From a virus (taxonomy: Duplodnaviria; Caudoviricetes): a DNA stretch of 60,140 nucleotides. Every line of letters begins with the position of its first letter. The stretch's first letter is position 1. Positions 19,368-28,125 of this stretch are shown piece by piece. Where the stretch lies: positions 1 through 60,140 of IMG/VR virus record IMGVR_UViG_3300049070_000179; one strand, 5' to 3'. The position numbers were made by a program, and so were the translations under genes. The notes below the pieces were generated by a model. The model had not been told where the DNA came from and searched no databases. It saw only the letters and a list, made by a program, of their open reading frames with translations.

Positions 19368-20208
19368 ACGCAAGCACAAACCCACTCAGCCCAACTGCCA
19401 ACTAGACATCGTTATCCCGGTGTACGGACAGGCTACTCTCCTTAATGCCTGTATTCAAGCTCTACCAGGGGCAGCGCAAGATACCCCCTACCGCCTAATA
19501 GTGGTAGACGACTGTGGCCCCGAACAAGAGCAACTAGGCGCTATCTATCGCTCTCTCAATGGCACTTCCAAAGTGATTAGGAACCGACAAAACAGCGGCT
19601 TTGCCCGCACGGTTAACACCGGAGTCGCGCAAGGCTCATCCCCCTTTATCCTGCTTCTTAACAGCGACTGCATATTACAACCGGGGGCTATCCCTGCAAT
19701 GCTCCAAGAATTCAACGACCCTGAAGTAGGTATAGTTGGAGCTAAGTTGCTCTTTGGTGACAATAGGTGGCAACAGCAGGGCAAGGTACAACACGCCGGC
19801 CTATGTCGCTCCATTCAGGGGCAATTAGTCCACATTAACCTGGGCTGGAGCACAGATCATCCCAAGGTCAACCAGAGGCGCGAGATGCAGATGGTAACGG
19901 GCGCTTGCCTGATGACACGGCGTGAAGCATGGCGCAAAGTACACGCTGAATACCGCAAGTACGGCGATCCTTCTAAGGGGGCCTTGAATGAGGTTTACGA
20001 CCGGGGATGCTACGAAGATACCGAATTTTGCCTAGCCACTAAGGCGCAAGGCTACAAGGTGATCTACTGCCCTGATGCGGTTGGCTTACATTACGTTGGG
20101 GCTTCCATTACAGCGGCTAATGAAGCGTATCCATTGGGTAGGAATTCAATGATCTTTGGCGCTAGATGTGGGCACCTTGTACAATATGATGAATGGAGGT
20201 TTTTGTGA
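19360..20208 (+). CDS. glycosyltransferase family 2
   Basis: IVIPVY, VVDD, NSGFA..VN.G, LLNSD, VTGAC, YEDTE. Confidence 0.9.
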   Translation: MAKRKHKPTQPNCQLDIVIPVYGQATLLNACIQALPGAAQDTPYRLIVVDDCGPEQEQLGAIYRSLNGTSKVIRNRQNSGFARTVNTGVAQGSSPFILLLNSDCILQPGAIPAMLQEFNDPEVGIVGAKLLFGDNRWQQQGKVQHAGLCRSIQGQLVHINLGWSTDHPKVNQRREMQMVTGACLMTRREAWRKVHAEYRKYGDPSKGALNEVYDRGCYEDTEFCLATKAQGYKVIYCPDAVGLHYVGASITAANEAYPLGRNSMIFGARCGHLVQYDEWRFL

Positions 20209-20370
20209 GCGATACTTTACAGTCCGGTCGAACCTTATTACAGCAAGATAACCGACCTGATAACCGGACTGAATACCAACACTTTGCCGGCAGTTCGCAA
20301 CGACATCGCTTCATTGTCGGCTAAAGTGAACAGTATTATTGGAGCCTTGCAGAGGAATGGGATTCTGTGA
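20205..20370 (+). pseudogene. frameshifted head-fibre-like gene
   Basis: GGAGG+GTG frame MSDTLQSGRTLLQQ shifts +1 into ITDLITGL...DIASLSAKVNSIIGALQRNGIL*. Confidence 0.5.
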
Positions 20371-21053
20371 CTAGCCTATTTTTAATTACCGGTTCTACTA
20401 TTCTAAATGATAGCATCTTCCTGGCCTATGGTGGCGGCCAGAACGGCACCGGTACAGCTACTCAGCGACAGGGGGCCTATCAAATGGCTGAGACGTTCGC
20501 AGCGATGGAGATCGGCACACCCTTAACTCCTCAGTCGTTTACTGGTATCTTCCAATGGTGGCCTACTTCCCGACTTCAATTACCCCATAAGCGGGTGCAA
20601 AGCGTAACCACAGTCACAGCCCTGCATGAGCTACCTTGCACCTCTGACCCATTAGAGCTATCTGGCCATGCTCTCATCGTAGACAGTGACAACGGAGTAA
20701 TTGATCTTAGGTCGTGTAGTGGCGGGGCCTCGTGCGCGTGTGCCTGGGCAACGGGTTGGGGTGGTAGTGCTGCCAGGGTAGAGGTAACTTATGTAGCTGG
20801 AATCCCAGCGGGGTTAGCTAGTGCCTATCCTGGAGTGCTACAGGGGCTAACAATAGCGGCTGATATTGCCCTACAGCAGATACTGGACTGTAGCCCGGAT
20901 GGTGATCCGCAAGTGACAACCTTTAGCGATTCTGGCTACAGCCAAACTGTTCAGGGCTTGGTTATGACTCAATTTGGTGGGTCGAGTCGGGCTAATTATG
21001 CAGCTAGGATGTTTGAACCCTTAAAGTTCCGTGGTGCATTGAGGATGAGATGA
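20367..21053 (+). CDS. head-tail adaptor
   Basis: Position; VQSVTTV, VEVTYVAG, FSDSGYS pattern. Confidence 0.7.
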   Translation: MTSLFLITGSTILNDSIFLAYGGGQNGTGTATQRQGAYQMAETFAAMEIGTPLTPQSFTGIFQWWPTSRLQLPHKRVQSVTTVTALHELPCTSDPLELSGHALIVDSDNGVIDLRSCSGGASCACAWATGWGGSAARVEVTYVAGIPAGLASAYPGVLQGLTIAADIALQQILDCSPDGDPQVTTFSDSGYSQTVQGLVMTQFGGSSRANYAARMFEPLKFRGALRMR

Positions 21054-21415
21054 CATCTGGACTGAATCTTAGAGGCACCATCTGGCGTATGAACCAAGCT
21101 ACTGACGATTCCGTTGGAGGTGCAGTTATTACGGGGACTCCCGTTGCCAACAACCTCCTAATGTCCATCTATTCACGCCGGCCTTCTCAGATGAGCTTAG
21201 AGCAGGGGCTGGAAGTCCCCGCTTTATATGACGCTACCGTTAAATGCGGTGTAACCATCTATGAGCGGGATGAAGTGGAGGTTACGTGTCCGACGAGTAG
21301 TCCGCATTATGGTTTAAGATTCAGAATCATCGGAGTACAACCAGCAAAAAGAACCAGAGCGAGTGAACAGCACCTAACCCTGAGTAGAATCAGACGGAGT
21401 CGACGCCAGCAATGA
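21050..21415 (+). CDS. head closure protein
   Basis: DDSVGG, IYERDEV, RFRIIGV; synteny. Confidence 0.65.
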   Translation: MTSGLNLRGTIWRMNQATDDSVGGAVITGTPVANNLLMSIYSRRPSQMSLEQGLEVPALYDATVKCGVTIYERDEVEVTCPTSSPHYGLRFRIIGVQPAKRTRASEQHLTLSRIRRSRRQQ

Positions 21416-21765
21416 GCGTTAAGCGCAGTGGTAAAATGGTGGGCCTGGAAGCCCGAATGGAATCAGGAGCTAAAGAAGGCCTGATCTTAAGCGGTGACCT
21501 AATAGCCGAACGCGCACGGGACCGAGTCCACATTATTACCATGCGCCTTAAGAACTCCATTAAGCGGGGCAACCCATTTAAGACCAGTAGAGGCATGGCT
21601 ATCTCTGTAGGGAGTAATGTTGAATACGCTGCTGATGAAGAATTTAGAGAGGGTGAGAAGCACGGTACATCCCATGCTTATTTGAGGCCGGCGCTTGATA
21701 TGAGTCGCAAGGAGGTTATTGTACTAGCGGGTAAGAAGATAGTGGCTAAAATGGTGAGGCGATGA
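21412..21765 (+). CDS. HK97 gp10-like neck protein
   Basis: T.RLKNSI, VGSNVEYA..EEF, AYLRPAL. Confidence 0.8.
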   Translation: MSVKRSGKMVGLEARMESGAKEGLILSGDLIAERARDRVHIITMRLKNSIKRGNPFKTSRGMAISVGSNVEYAADEEFREGEKHGTSHAYLRPALDMSRKEVIVLAGKKIVAKMVRR

Positions 21766-22616
21766 CTATAGAGCAAGAGCTTATAGCTGTACTTAGTCAG
21801 ATACCATCCATAGTAGAGAAGGCGCAACTAGACGCGCTGGTATTGCGTCATCCTGGTCATGCTAGCCAGAAGCCTCATGGTAGGCGTTATGGGGCAGGGG
21901 GTGAGGTCTTACCAAAAGGCCACAAGAGAGGCGATGCTGTTAAGGGGGGTAAGAGTGGGGGAGGTAGCGCAAAAAAAGAAGAACCCAAAAGTAATAAGCC
22001 AAGTGGCGGGGATAGTCAAAAACAAGATGCCAATACCGACCCATCAACCTGGAAGCAGCGACTAACTAAAAAAGAAGATCGTGCTTTAAGAGACTACGCT
22101 GGCTCTGAGTATCAACGCCTTAACTCAGGTTTGCGTAATGGCAAATTATCCAAAAAGGACCAGGATACAGTAGACGCTTTAGACTCAGCCCTATCTAAAA
22201 GTAGGCTAACAAAAGACGCTACTTTACATAGTAATGAGACTCTATTCAGGGCAGCAGAGATACCCCAGGTTAACGCAGCTTTGAAGTCCGGTAACATTGA
22301 AGGCTTGGAATTCTCGGATAAGGGCTTCGTCTCCACTTCCAGGGACAAAGACGTTGCTAAAAACTTCCAGAGGAGCGAAGGCTCCCGCCTATATATTATA
22401 AATGCGCCTAGAGGAACTAAAGCGGGGGATATTAGCTCTTTAGGCTCTACTTTTGCTAAGGAGAATGAGACTTTATTAGCACGGGATACTAAGTTTAGGG
22501 TGAGCAAGGTTGAGAAGATGAAGGACAGGGTGTCTTACTATGATTCGAAGGGCAAAGTTAAGTACAAGGATAAGATGGTGGAGTACATTCATTTAGATAT
22601 AGTGGGGCAAGGGTGA
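21762..22616 (+). CDS. ADP-ribosyltransferase (VIP2-like, R-S-E clade) with N-terminal leader
   Basis: Y..LN.GLR, LFRA, GFVSTS, ENETLL.R motifs. Confidence 0.88.
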   Translation: MTIEQELIAVLSQIPSIVEKAQLDALVLRHPGHASQKPHGRRYGAGGEVLPKGHKRGDAVKGGKSGGGSAKKEEPKSNKPSGGDSQKQDANTDPSTWKQRLTKKEDRALRDYAGSEYQRLNSGLRNGKLSKKDQDTVDALDSALSKSRLTKDATLHSNETLFRAAEIPQVNAALKSGNIEGLEFSDKGFVSTSRDKDVAKNFQRSEGSRLYIINAPRGTKAGDISSLGSTFAKENETLLARDTKFRVSKVEKMKDRVSYYDSKGKVKYKDKMVEYIHLDIVGQG

Positions 22617-23080
22617 TAGACAACAACCTCATTCAGGCTGCCCTTGTCGCCAAACTTAAAGCCAATACTGCTTTAGTTGGCTACCTTACTCAATTCGGGG
22701 CACAAGATGAGATACGGGAGTCCCAATTCCAGGGCGGAACTTTTTTATACCCAAATGTGCGTGTTGAGCTAGGCACCCAAATAGAAGAGGGCAACCCCCC
22801 TTGTTACTCCACTATTCCCTTTACGGTTTACTCCTACTCAGAGAAGGATAGCAGCCAAGAAGCTAACCAGTTGGCCGGCTACGTCAACCGGGCTTTTGGC
22901 TTTGATGCCTCTGGGGGACATACTCCCCAGGCTGTGCTAGTAACAGGCTCTAGCGTGGGTGGTAGCTTCCACAGTGGCATAATTGTTAGCGATGGCTCAA
23001 TAGCGGCCCGGAGAGTATCTGAGAGGGTATGGCAGGCCGTTGGCCTCTACCGCATGAACATCTACGGGGGCACGCCATGA
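22613..23080 (+). CDS. tail terminator / tail completion protein
   Basis: IQAALVAKLKAN..L, YPNVRV, VYS; synteny. Confidence 0.7.
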   Translation: MIDNNLIQAALVAKLKANTALVGYLTQFGAQDEIRESQFQGGTFLYPNVRVELGTQIEEGNPPCYSTIPFTVYSYSEKDSSQEANQLAGYVNRAFGFDASGGHTPQAVLVTGSSVGGSFHSGIIVSDGSIAARRVSERVWQAVGLYRMNIYGGTP

Positions 23081-23226
23081 GTGAGGTTCGATGCCCTTCT
23101 TGCGGGCACTTGCTCTTTAAGTTTTTAGGGTTAGGGTGTATAATAGAGATAGTATGTACCCGGTGCAAGGCCGTGGTAAAATGGCCTAAAACTGAGGCTG
23201 AGGTTACGCAACCTAGCCGCAAATAG
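23077..23226 (+). CDS. com: Mu Com-like zinc-ribbon translational regulator
   Basis: EVRCPSCGHLLFK...IEIVCTRCKAV. Confidence 0.75.
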   Translation: MSEVRCPSCGHLLFKFLGLGCIIEIVCTRCKAVVKWPKTEAEVTQPSRK

Positions 23227-23297
23227 AGCGCCCCAGAGCGCCTGCTACCAATTTATTGAACACCTTTGAGTGTCTGACTCAAAGGTGTTTTTATTTT
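23225..23297 (+). promoter_or_regulatory. AGAGCGCC tandem repeat plus 13-bp hairpin/T-tract (putative Com target and terminator)
   Basis: AGAGCGCC at 23225 and 23235; AACACCTTTGAGT/ACTCAAAGGTGTT hairpin 23259-23289. Confidence 0.6.
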
Positions 23298-23550
23298 GCA
23301 CAAAAGAAGCTGGGTAACACGCGACTTAAACGACCTATACGGGCAAGGAATACGGTGCAACTTCCACACTCGGTTAGTTATCCTGGGAGAGCGGACTCCA
23401 TCGGGGCAACCTTACGACTTCCAGCCCGGTGAAGTAAAGGACGATGTTATGCAGGTAGACATTGACTATCTATTGTCACTAACTTATCAACAAACAAGCT
23501 GTTGCGGTGGTTCGCCTGCAATAGCGATACATTATTTTGAGCTAGTTTAA
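23296..23550 (+). CDS. small virion-associated protein, paralog of 12667
   Basis: TPSGQPYDFQP...DIDYLL...SCCGG. Confidence 0.55.
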   Translation: MHKRSWVTRDLNDLYGQGIRCNFHTRLVILGERTPSGQPYDFQPGEVKDDVMQVDIDYLLSLTYQQTSCCGGSPAIAIHYFELV

Positions 23551-23561
23551 GGAGGATCACC

Positions 23562-24209
23562 TTGGCATTAATAACAGGTTCGCCAGTTGGCAATATTATA
23601 ACGCCGCCTAATCTTTATTTGGATCAACCCCCCACCTTTTGGATTCAAGAACGCTTCACCTCAGCAGGGGCTACCGTTGGCCTACTCAACCGGCCCGACG
23701 CTAACAATTTTTACTGGGGGTTAAGCGGCACTACAGCTAACCCGGTGTATGAAGTCGGCTGCTATGAGAACTTCGCTATTGCCGACGTTCGCACTATTAA
23801 CATGATCCGGTGTGATACCACCGGGGTGAGAACGGCCATTCAAAAGCGAGATCAGCTAAATATTACGTTCACGCTTAAGACTCCGTTCCCGCTAGCGACG
23901 GTTCGGCACCTTCTCAATTTGGGACCGGTGACTACAACTCCTGGAGCAACCGAGAAGGTGGGCGTCGGCATTATTGACAACTCTAAATATTACTACGCGT
24001 ACTTCGCGAGTATATACGACCAGACTACCGGCGATTATCTGAACTTCACCGGCCATAGAGTCCAGTTCACCAACGCCTGGCAGTGGGCATTTGTGTATGG
24101 AAACGCTGCAACATTTACTATCCAGGCGTCGTGTTTTGCCGACGAGGATAAGCCCCAAGATCAGTACTTTGCGACGATCATCCGGGCTGACCCGTCCAGC
24201 ATCACCTAA
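23562..24209 (+). CDS. major tail tube protein
   Basis: AAGGAGG RBS, beta-rich 215 aa, upstream of chaperones and tape measure. Confidence 0.7.
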   Translation: MALITGSPVGNIITPPNLYLDQPPTFWIQERFTSAGATVGLLNRPDANNFYWGLSGTTANPVYEVGCYENFAIADVRTINMIRCDTTGVRTAIQKRDQLNITFTLKTPFPLATVRHLLNLGPVTTTPGATEKVGVGIIDNSKYYYAYFASIYDQTTGDYLNFTGHRVQFTNAWQWAFVYGNAATFTIQASCFADEDKPQDQYFATIIRADPSSIT

Positions 24210-24859
24210 TGAACGGGTTCTTTGAGGCTTTAGAGTCTCAGAGTGTGGTAGTAGTCCTGGCTGGGTGTGCGGTAAAAATAGAACGCGCCCGGCTAGGACT
24301 ACACCTCCTTTCAGGTAGGCTAGCTGATAGGTTCGATAATGCGCCCGGTAGTGTGGAGATGGCCCAGGCCATTCAGGGGTACTTTGAGGCGCTAGGGTTA
24401 GATGTAAGCAGGGCGAGTCCAGTTGAGATACTAAGGGCCTTTACCCTCCTGAGAGAGCTTAACCGGTGGCAGTGGGCTTTAGCCTTCATGAAGGGACAAC
24501 CTGCTAAAGGCGAGACAGAGCCTTATGACTACGAAGGCCGCAACTGGGCATGGGTCATTCACAAATTAGCCTCTCGATATGGCTGGACTCGTGACCATAT
24601 TTTTAACTTGTACCCAGAAGAGGCAGCGGCCTATCTGCAAGAGATTCTAGTCAGCGAACATCAAGAATCTGAGGAGAGGTATAGGTTAAGTGAACTGGCC
24701 TATCAATATGACTCCAATAGCAAAACATCAAGGTATGTCCCATATCAAAAGCCCTCATGGATGGTTAACAACGAGCTACCTAAGCCTGTCAAAATGCTTA
24801 GGAGCATGCTCCCCTATGGTGTCCAGAATTTGGCCGGGGAAGAGATCATTTACCACTAA
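24209..24859 (+). CDS. tail assembly chaperone-like protein
   Basis: Synteny; LASRYGWT..HI..L motif. Confidence 0.55.
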   Translation: MNGFFEALESQSVVVVLAGCAVKIERARLGLHLLSGRLADRFDNAPGSVEMAQAIQGYFEALGLDVSRASPVEILRAFTLLRELNRWQWALAFMKGQPAKGETEPYDYEGRNWAWVIHKLASRYGWTRDHIFNLYPEEAAAYLQEILVSEHQESEERYRLSELAYQYDSNSKTSRYVPYQKPSWMVNNELPKPVKMLRSMLPYGVQNLAGEEIIYH

Positions 24860-25217
24860 AATAGGGGGTGTTACTCTGGAAGTAAAGCCACTTACTTTAG
24901 AGAACGCCTTACGCCTCACTCTCTTACTATCCCCCTATGTCGCTTCCATTAGACGCTATTGGCCCCACCTACAACAAGCCCTCAATGATGGGGTGCTGTT
25001 AGAATCCCTCCTAAAAGACCTGGGTAAAGAACTACAATTCGCTCCCGGTGACATCGTTACCGCGTATTCTCTTTTACTAAATGTTCCGCATGAATGGATA
25101 GCTGTTAATGCCACGGCTAAAGAACTGATCGAAGTTCTACCTGTTTTGGACCGGGTAAACAACCTCAAAGAACTGTGGCAAGCTGCTTCAGCGTTAGGAA
25201 TAGTGAACAATGGCTAG
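24816..25217 (+). CDS. tail assembly chaperone-like protein
   Basis: KIGGVTLEVKPLTL; AGGAG RBS before ATG 24816. Confidence 0.55.
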   Translation: MVSRIWPGKRSFTTKIGGVTLEVKPLTLENALRLTLLLSPYVASIRRYWPHLQQALNDGVLLESLLKDLGKELQFAPGDIVTAYSLLLNVPHEWIAVNATAKELIEVLPVLDRVNNLKELWQAASALGIVNNG

Positions 25218-28125
25218 CGATAACGAGATCGAACGCCTAACCGTTACCCTGGAATTGGACTATCAACAGTACCTTAGAGATGTTGATAAGGCCGTGGCTG
25301 AGGCCATGCGTAAGCTTAAAGAGACTAACGAGATTCCTAAGAAGCAACAAACTGGTTGGGAGCAACTAACTACCTTCTTAAGTGGTAAGTTCATGCAGGT
25401 TATCACTGGAGTAGGTGTAACTATTGCAGCGGCCTTCTCTGTGGGAGCTGTTACCAACTTCTTTAAGACCATTGCCAGCGGGATGGTTGAGACTAATAAG
25501 CAGTTTGAGACCTTTACTGTACAGTTTACTACCCTCCTTGGTAGCACCAGCGAAGCCCAAAAGCGAATAGATGAGCTAGCCAAATTTGGCGTAGCGACTC
25601 CCTTTGAACTTGACGAGATAGTTGAGGGTAATAGGCTCCTGCAGACCTTTGGCGATACAGCTTTAGCAACAGGGGAGAATCTACGTCGGGTAGGAGACAG
25701 CGCAGCGGCTGTTAACGCTTCATTCCAGGAAGTGTCGTTCTGGACTGGTAGGTTGTATTCTTCAATGATGGCAGGCCGGCCTTTTGGGGAAGCCTCAGCC
25801 CGCTTACAGGAACTAGGTATCCTATCCGGTGAAGCTCGCACTAAATTAGAGGACATGCAAAAAAGTGGCGCTAAAGGTAGCGAGATATGGGCTGCCTACG
25901 CTGAGATGATAGATACTAAGTTCACCGGGGCAATGGACAAGCTCTCTAAAACCTTGCAAGGGGTCATGTCCAATTTAGCAGACTTCCAGCAGATGTTGTT
26001 AAGAGAAGGGGGAGAAGAGCTATTTGAAGGGGTGCGGGAAGATGCTATTGAGTTTTATGATGTTATTAAGGACCCAGAGGTACAACAAGCCCTTATTGGC
26101 TTATCTAAGGCTTTTGGTTCTATCTTGGATAGCTTACGTCAAGCTGTTACAACCCCGTTTTTGGAGCAATTAAAAGACCTGGACTCTAAGCAGATCGATG
26201 ATCTATCTATCTCAATTCAAAATATAGGCGGGTCAATTGGGCAGATCACAGGGGTAAGAATCACTAGCTTGAGTGAGTTAGTCGCTACTTTGCAAGCTGT
26301 AACTCAGGAAGCTGCTACTATCCTCCAAACTCTGAATAAATTAAAGCAGATTCTTGAGATCATTGACCCCAGTATATTAGGGATGACCCATAGACTAAGG
26401 GACATGGGAGTAGTAGGGGAGGAATTAAGGAAGGGTTTTATAGGTTTACTTAGTCCTTTGACTGGAGCAGTTAATATTTTTAACCAGCTAGATAAAGGAA
26501 TTGAAGAACTTACCGGCTCTAATATGTATGAATGGCTAGGGGGAGTAGAAGAGCGCTTAAAAAATGTTGAGACTGCTGGGGATCATGCTTTTAATATGCT
26601 TCAAAGAGGAGCAAAGCAGGCAGTTGATTCGGCGGTAGCCCCAACAGAGGAACCAGAGGACTTTAGTAAGGCTCAAGATCGCTTTGAGAAGCTGTCCCAG
26701 GACTTTTTAGATGCTCAAAAGGAAGTACAGGCCGAACAGGAGGAAGCCGAACGAGACCACGGCGAACGGGTTACTAATATCGTTGAGGACTATCAAGAGC
26801 AAATAGCCGACTTGGAGGAAGATACTGCCCAAAGACGGGCTGAGATCGTTAAGGATTCAGCAGATAGATTAGCTGACTTAGAGGAAGAGGGGGCCGAACG
26901 TCGGGAAGAGATAGCGGAAGATACCGCTAAGGCTCTCACTAAACTAGAGCGAGATACAGCAGAAGCCAAAGCGGACGCGATAGCCGACGCTCAAAGCGAA
27001 TTGGCAGCGGTAGAGGAAGAAGCGCGAGACTCAGTAGCAGAAGTCCAGGAAGAAGCACGCGACAAAGAACGGCGCGAGACTGAAGATCACCAGCGGGACA
27101 TGCAGCGCCTTCAGCAAGACTATCTCCTCAATTTGGAAGATGCTGTTAAAAACCGTGATGCACGGGCTATCGTTGATCTGCGGCGCAAGTACACAACTGA
27201 GAAGCGCGAACGTGAAGAGGATTTTAGAACCCAACAGAGCCGCAGTCGGGAAGAGGCACGCGACCGCATAGAAGAGGCTAGAGAAGCTGAGGAGAAGCGC
27301 AAGCGCGAGATCGAAGAAGCCCTAGAGAAGCAACTGCAGGACATTGAAGAGAACGAGGCAGAGAAGCGGGCTGAGATCGAAGCTAGCCAGCAGGAGCAAC
27401 TAGCCAAACTGGCTGAGACTGAAGCGGAGAAGAGAGCGGAGATAGCAGCCTCTGAGGAAGAGCAACTAGCCAAACTAGCGGAGTCCGAAGCCCAAAAACG
27501 TGCTCAAATAGAAGAGAGTCTAGCCGAACAACTAGCAACTGAGAACGCTAACTATGCCGAACGCCAAGCGGCCTTAGATGCAGCCCTGCAAAAGCGCTTA
27601 GAGGCTGTAGCCCAGCAACTGGCGCAAGAGAAGGAGATCACCGAGGCCGGCGCACAAGCCATTTTGGAGACACTTAACCAGTACTATGGCGTAGGCGGGC
27701 GAATGGATCAGGTGATGGAAGGCTATCGTCAACGTCAACAGGCGCAGATGGCAGCGACAGCGAACTTCAACGCTAATTTACCGGGTAGTGGGCCTGGAGG
27801 TGGGGAGTTTACGCCAGCGGGTAGCGGGGGTGGCTCAGGTATACCCGCTTTTGCTCAGGGTGGTATTGTGCCCGGCCAACCAGGGCAGAAGCGCCTTATT
27901 ATCGCTCATGCTGGTGAATTAGTGATACCACCCGACCAAACCTCCCAGTGGATGCAACAGCAAGGGGATATGATGGCCTCTAATTTTGACAATAGCCCCA
28001 AGATATTGGAAGTAAAGATAAGCGGTAGCGCTCCACCGGGGGTTGGTGGGCAGGAGATAGAAGCAATGGCTTCGATGATGGTAAAAGCATTTGGTGAAGC
28101 AGGAATAAGGGCTAAAAGGCGATGA
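25210..28125 (+). CDS. tape measure protein
   Basis: ATPFELDEI tape-measure domain, long charged coiled coil, C-terminal FAQGGIVPG...HAGELVIP. Confidence 0.9.
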   Translation: MASDNEIERLTVTLELDYQQYLRDVDKAVAEAMRKLKETNEIPKKQQTGWEQLTTFLSGKFMQVITGVGVTIAAAFSVGAVTNFFKTIASGMVETNKQFETFTVQFTTLLGSTSEAQKRIDELAKFGVATPFELDEIVEGNRLLQTFGDTALATGENLRRVGDSAAAVNASFQEVSFWTGRLYSSMMAGRPFGEASARLQELGILSGEARTKLEDMQKSGAKGSEIWAAYAEMIDTKFTGAMDKLSKTLQGVMSNLADFQQMLLREGGEELFEGVREDAIEFYDVIKDPEVQQALIGLSKAFGSILDSLRQAVTTPFLEQLKDLDSKQIDDLSISIQNIGGSIGQITGVRITSLSELVATLQAVTQEAATILQTLNKLKQILEIIDPSILGMTHRLRDMGVVGEELRKGFIGLLSPLTGAVNIFNQLDKGIEELTGSNMYEWLGGVEERLKNVETAGDHAFNMLQRGAKQAVDSAVAPTEEPEDFSKAQDRFEKLSQDFLDAQKEVQAEQEEAERDHGERVTNIVEDYQEQIADLEEDTAQRRAEIVKDSADRLADLEEEGAERREEIAEDTAKALTKLERDTAEAKADAIADAQSELAAVEEEARDSVAEVQEEARDKERRETEDHQRDMQRLQQDYLLNLEDAVKNRDARAIVDLRRKYTTEKREREEDFRTQQSRSREEARDRIEEAREAEEKRKREIEEALEKQLQDIEENEAEKRAEIEASQQEQLAKLAETEAEKRAEIAASEEEQLAKLAESEAQKRAQIEESLAEQLATENANYAERQAALDAALQKRLEAVAQQLAQEKEITEAGAQAILETLNQYYGVGGRMDQVMEGYRQRQQAQMAATANFNANLPGSGPGGGEFTPAGSGGGSGIPAFAQGGIVPGQPGQKRLIIAHAGELVIPPDQTSQWMQQQGDMMASNFDNSPKILEVKISGSAPPGVGGQEIEAMASMMVKAFGEAGIRAKRR
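27355..27540 (+). repeat. 22-aa coding tandem repeats in tape measure
   Basis: EAEKRAEI.AS..EQLAKLAE about 3 times. Confidence 0.7.

Noticed and set aside
12921-20208. Host-derived capsule/LPS island or contamination
   Set aside because: Genes are start/stop-coupled to flanking virion genes and there are no transport, polymerase or sugar synthesis genes
24780-24860. Programmed -1 frameshift between tail chaperones
   Set aside because: No canonical XXXYYYZ heptamer, and the second ORF has its own AGGAG and ATG at 24816
25263-27473. Antisense ORFs in the tape measure gene and similar shadow ORFs elsewhere
   Set aside because: They lie opposite well-supported genes, lack RBSs and mirror the codon bias
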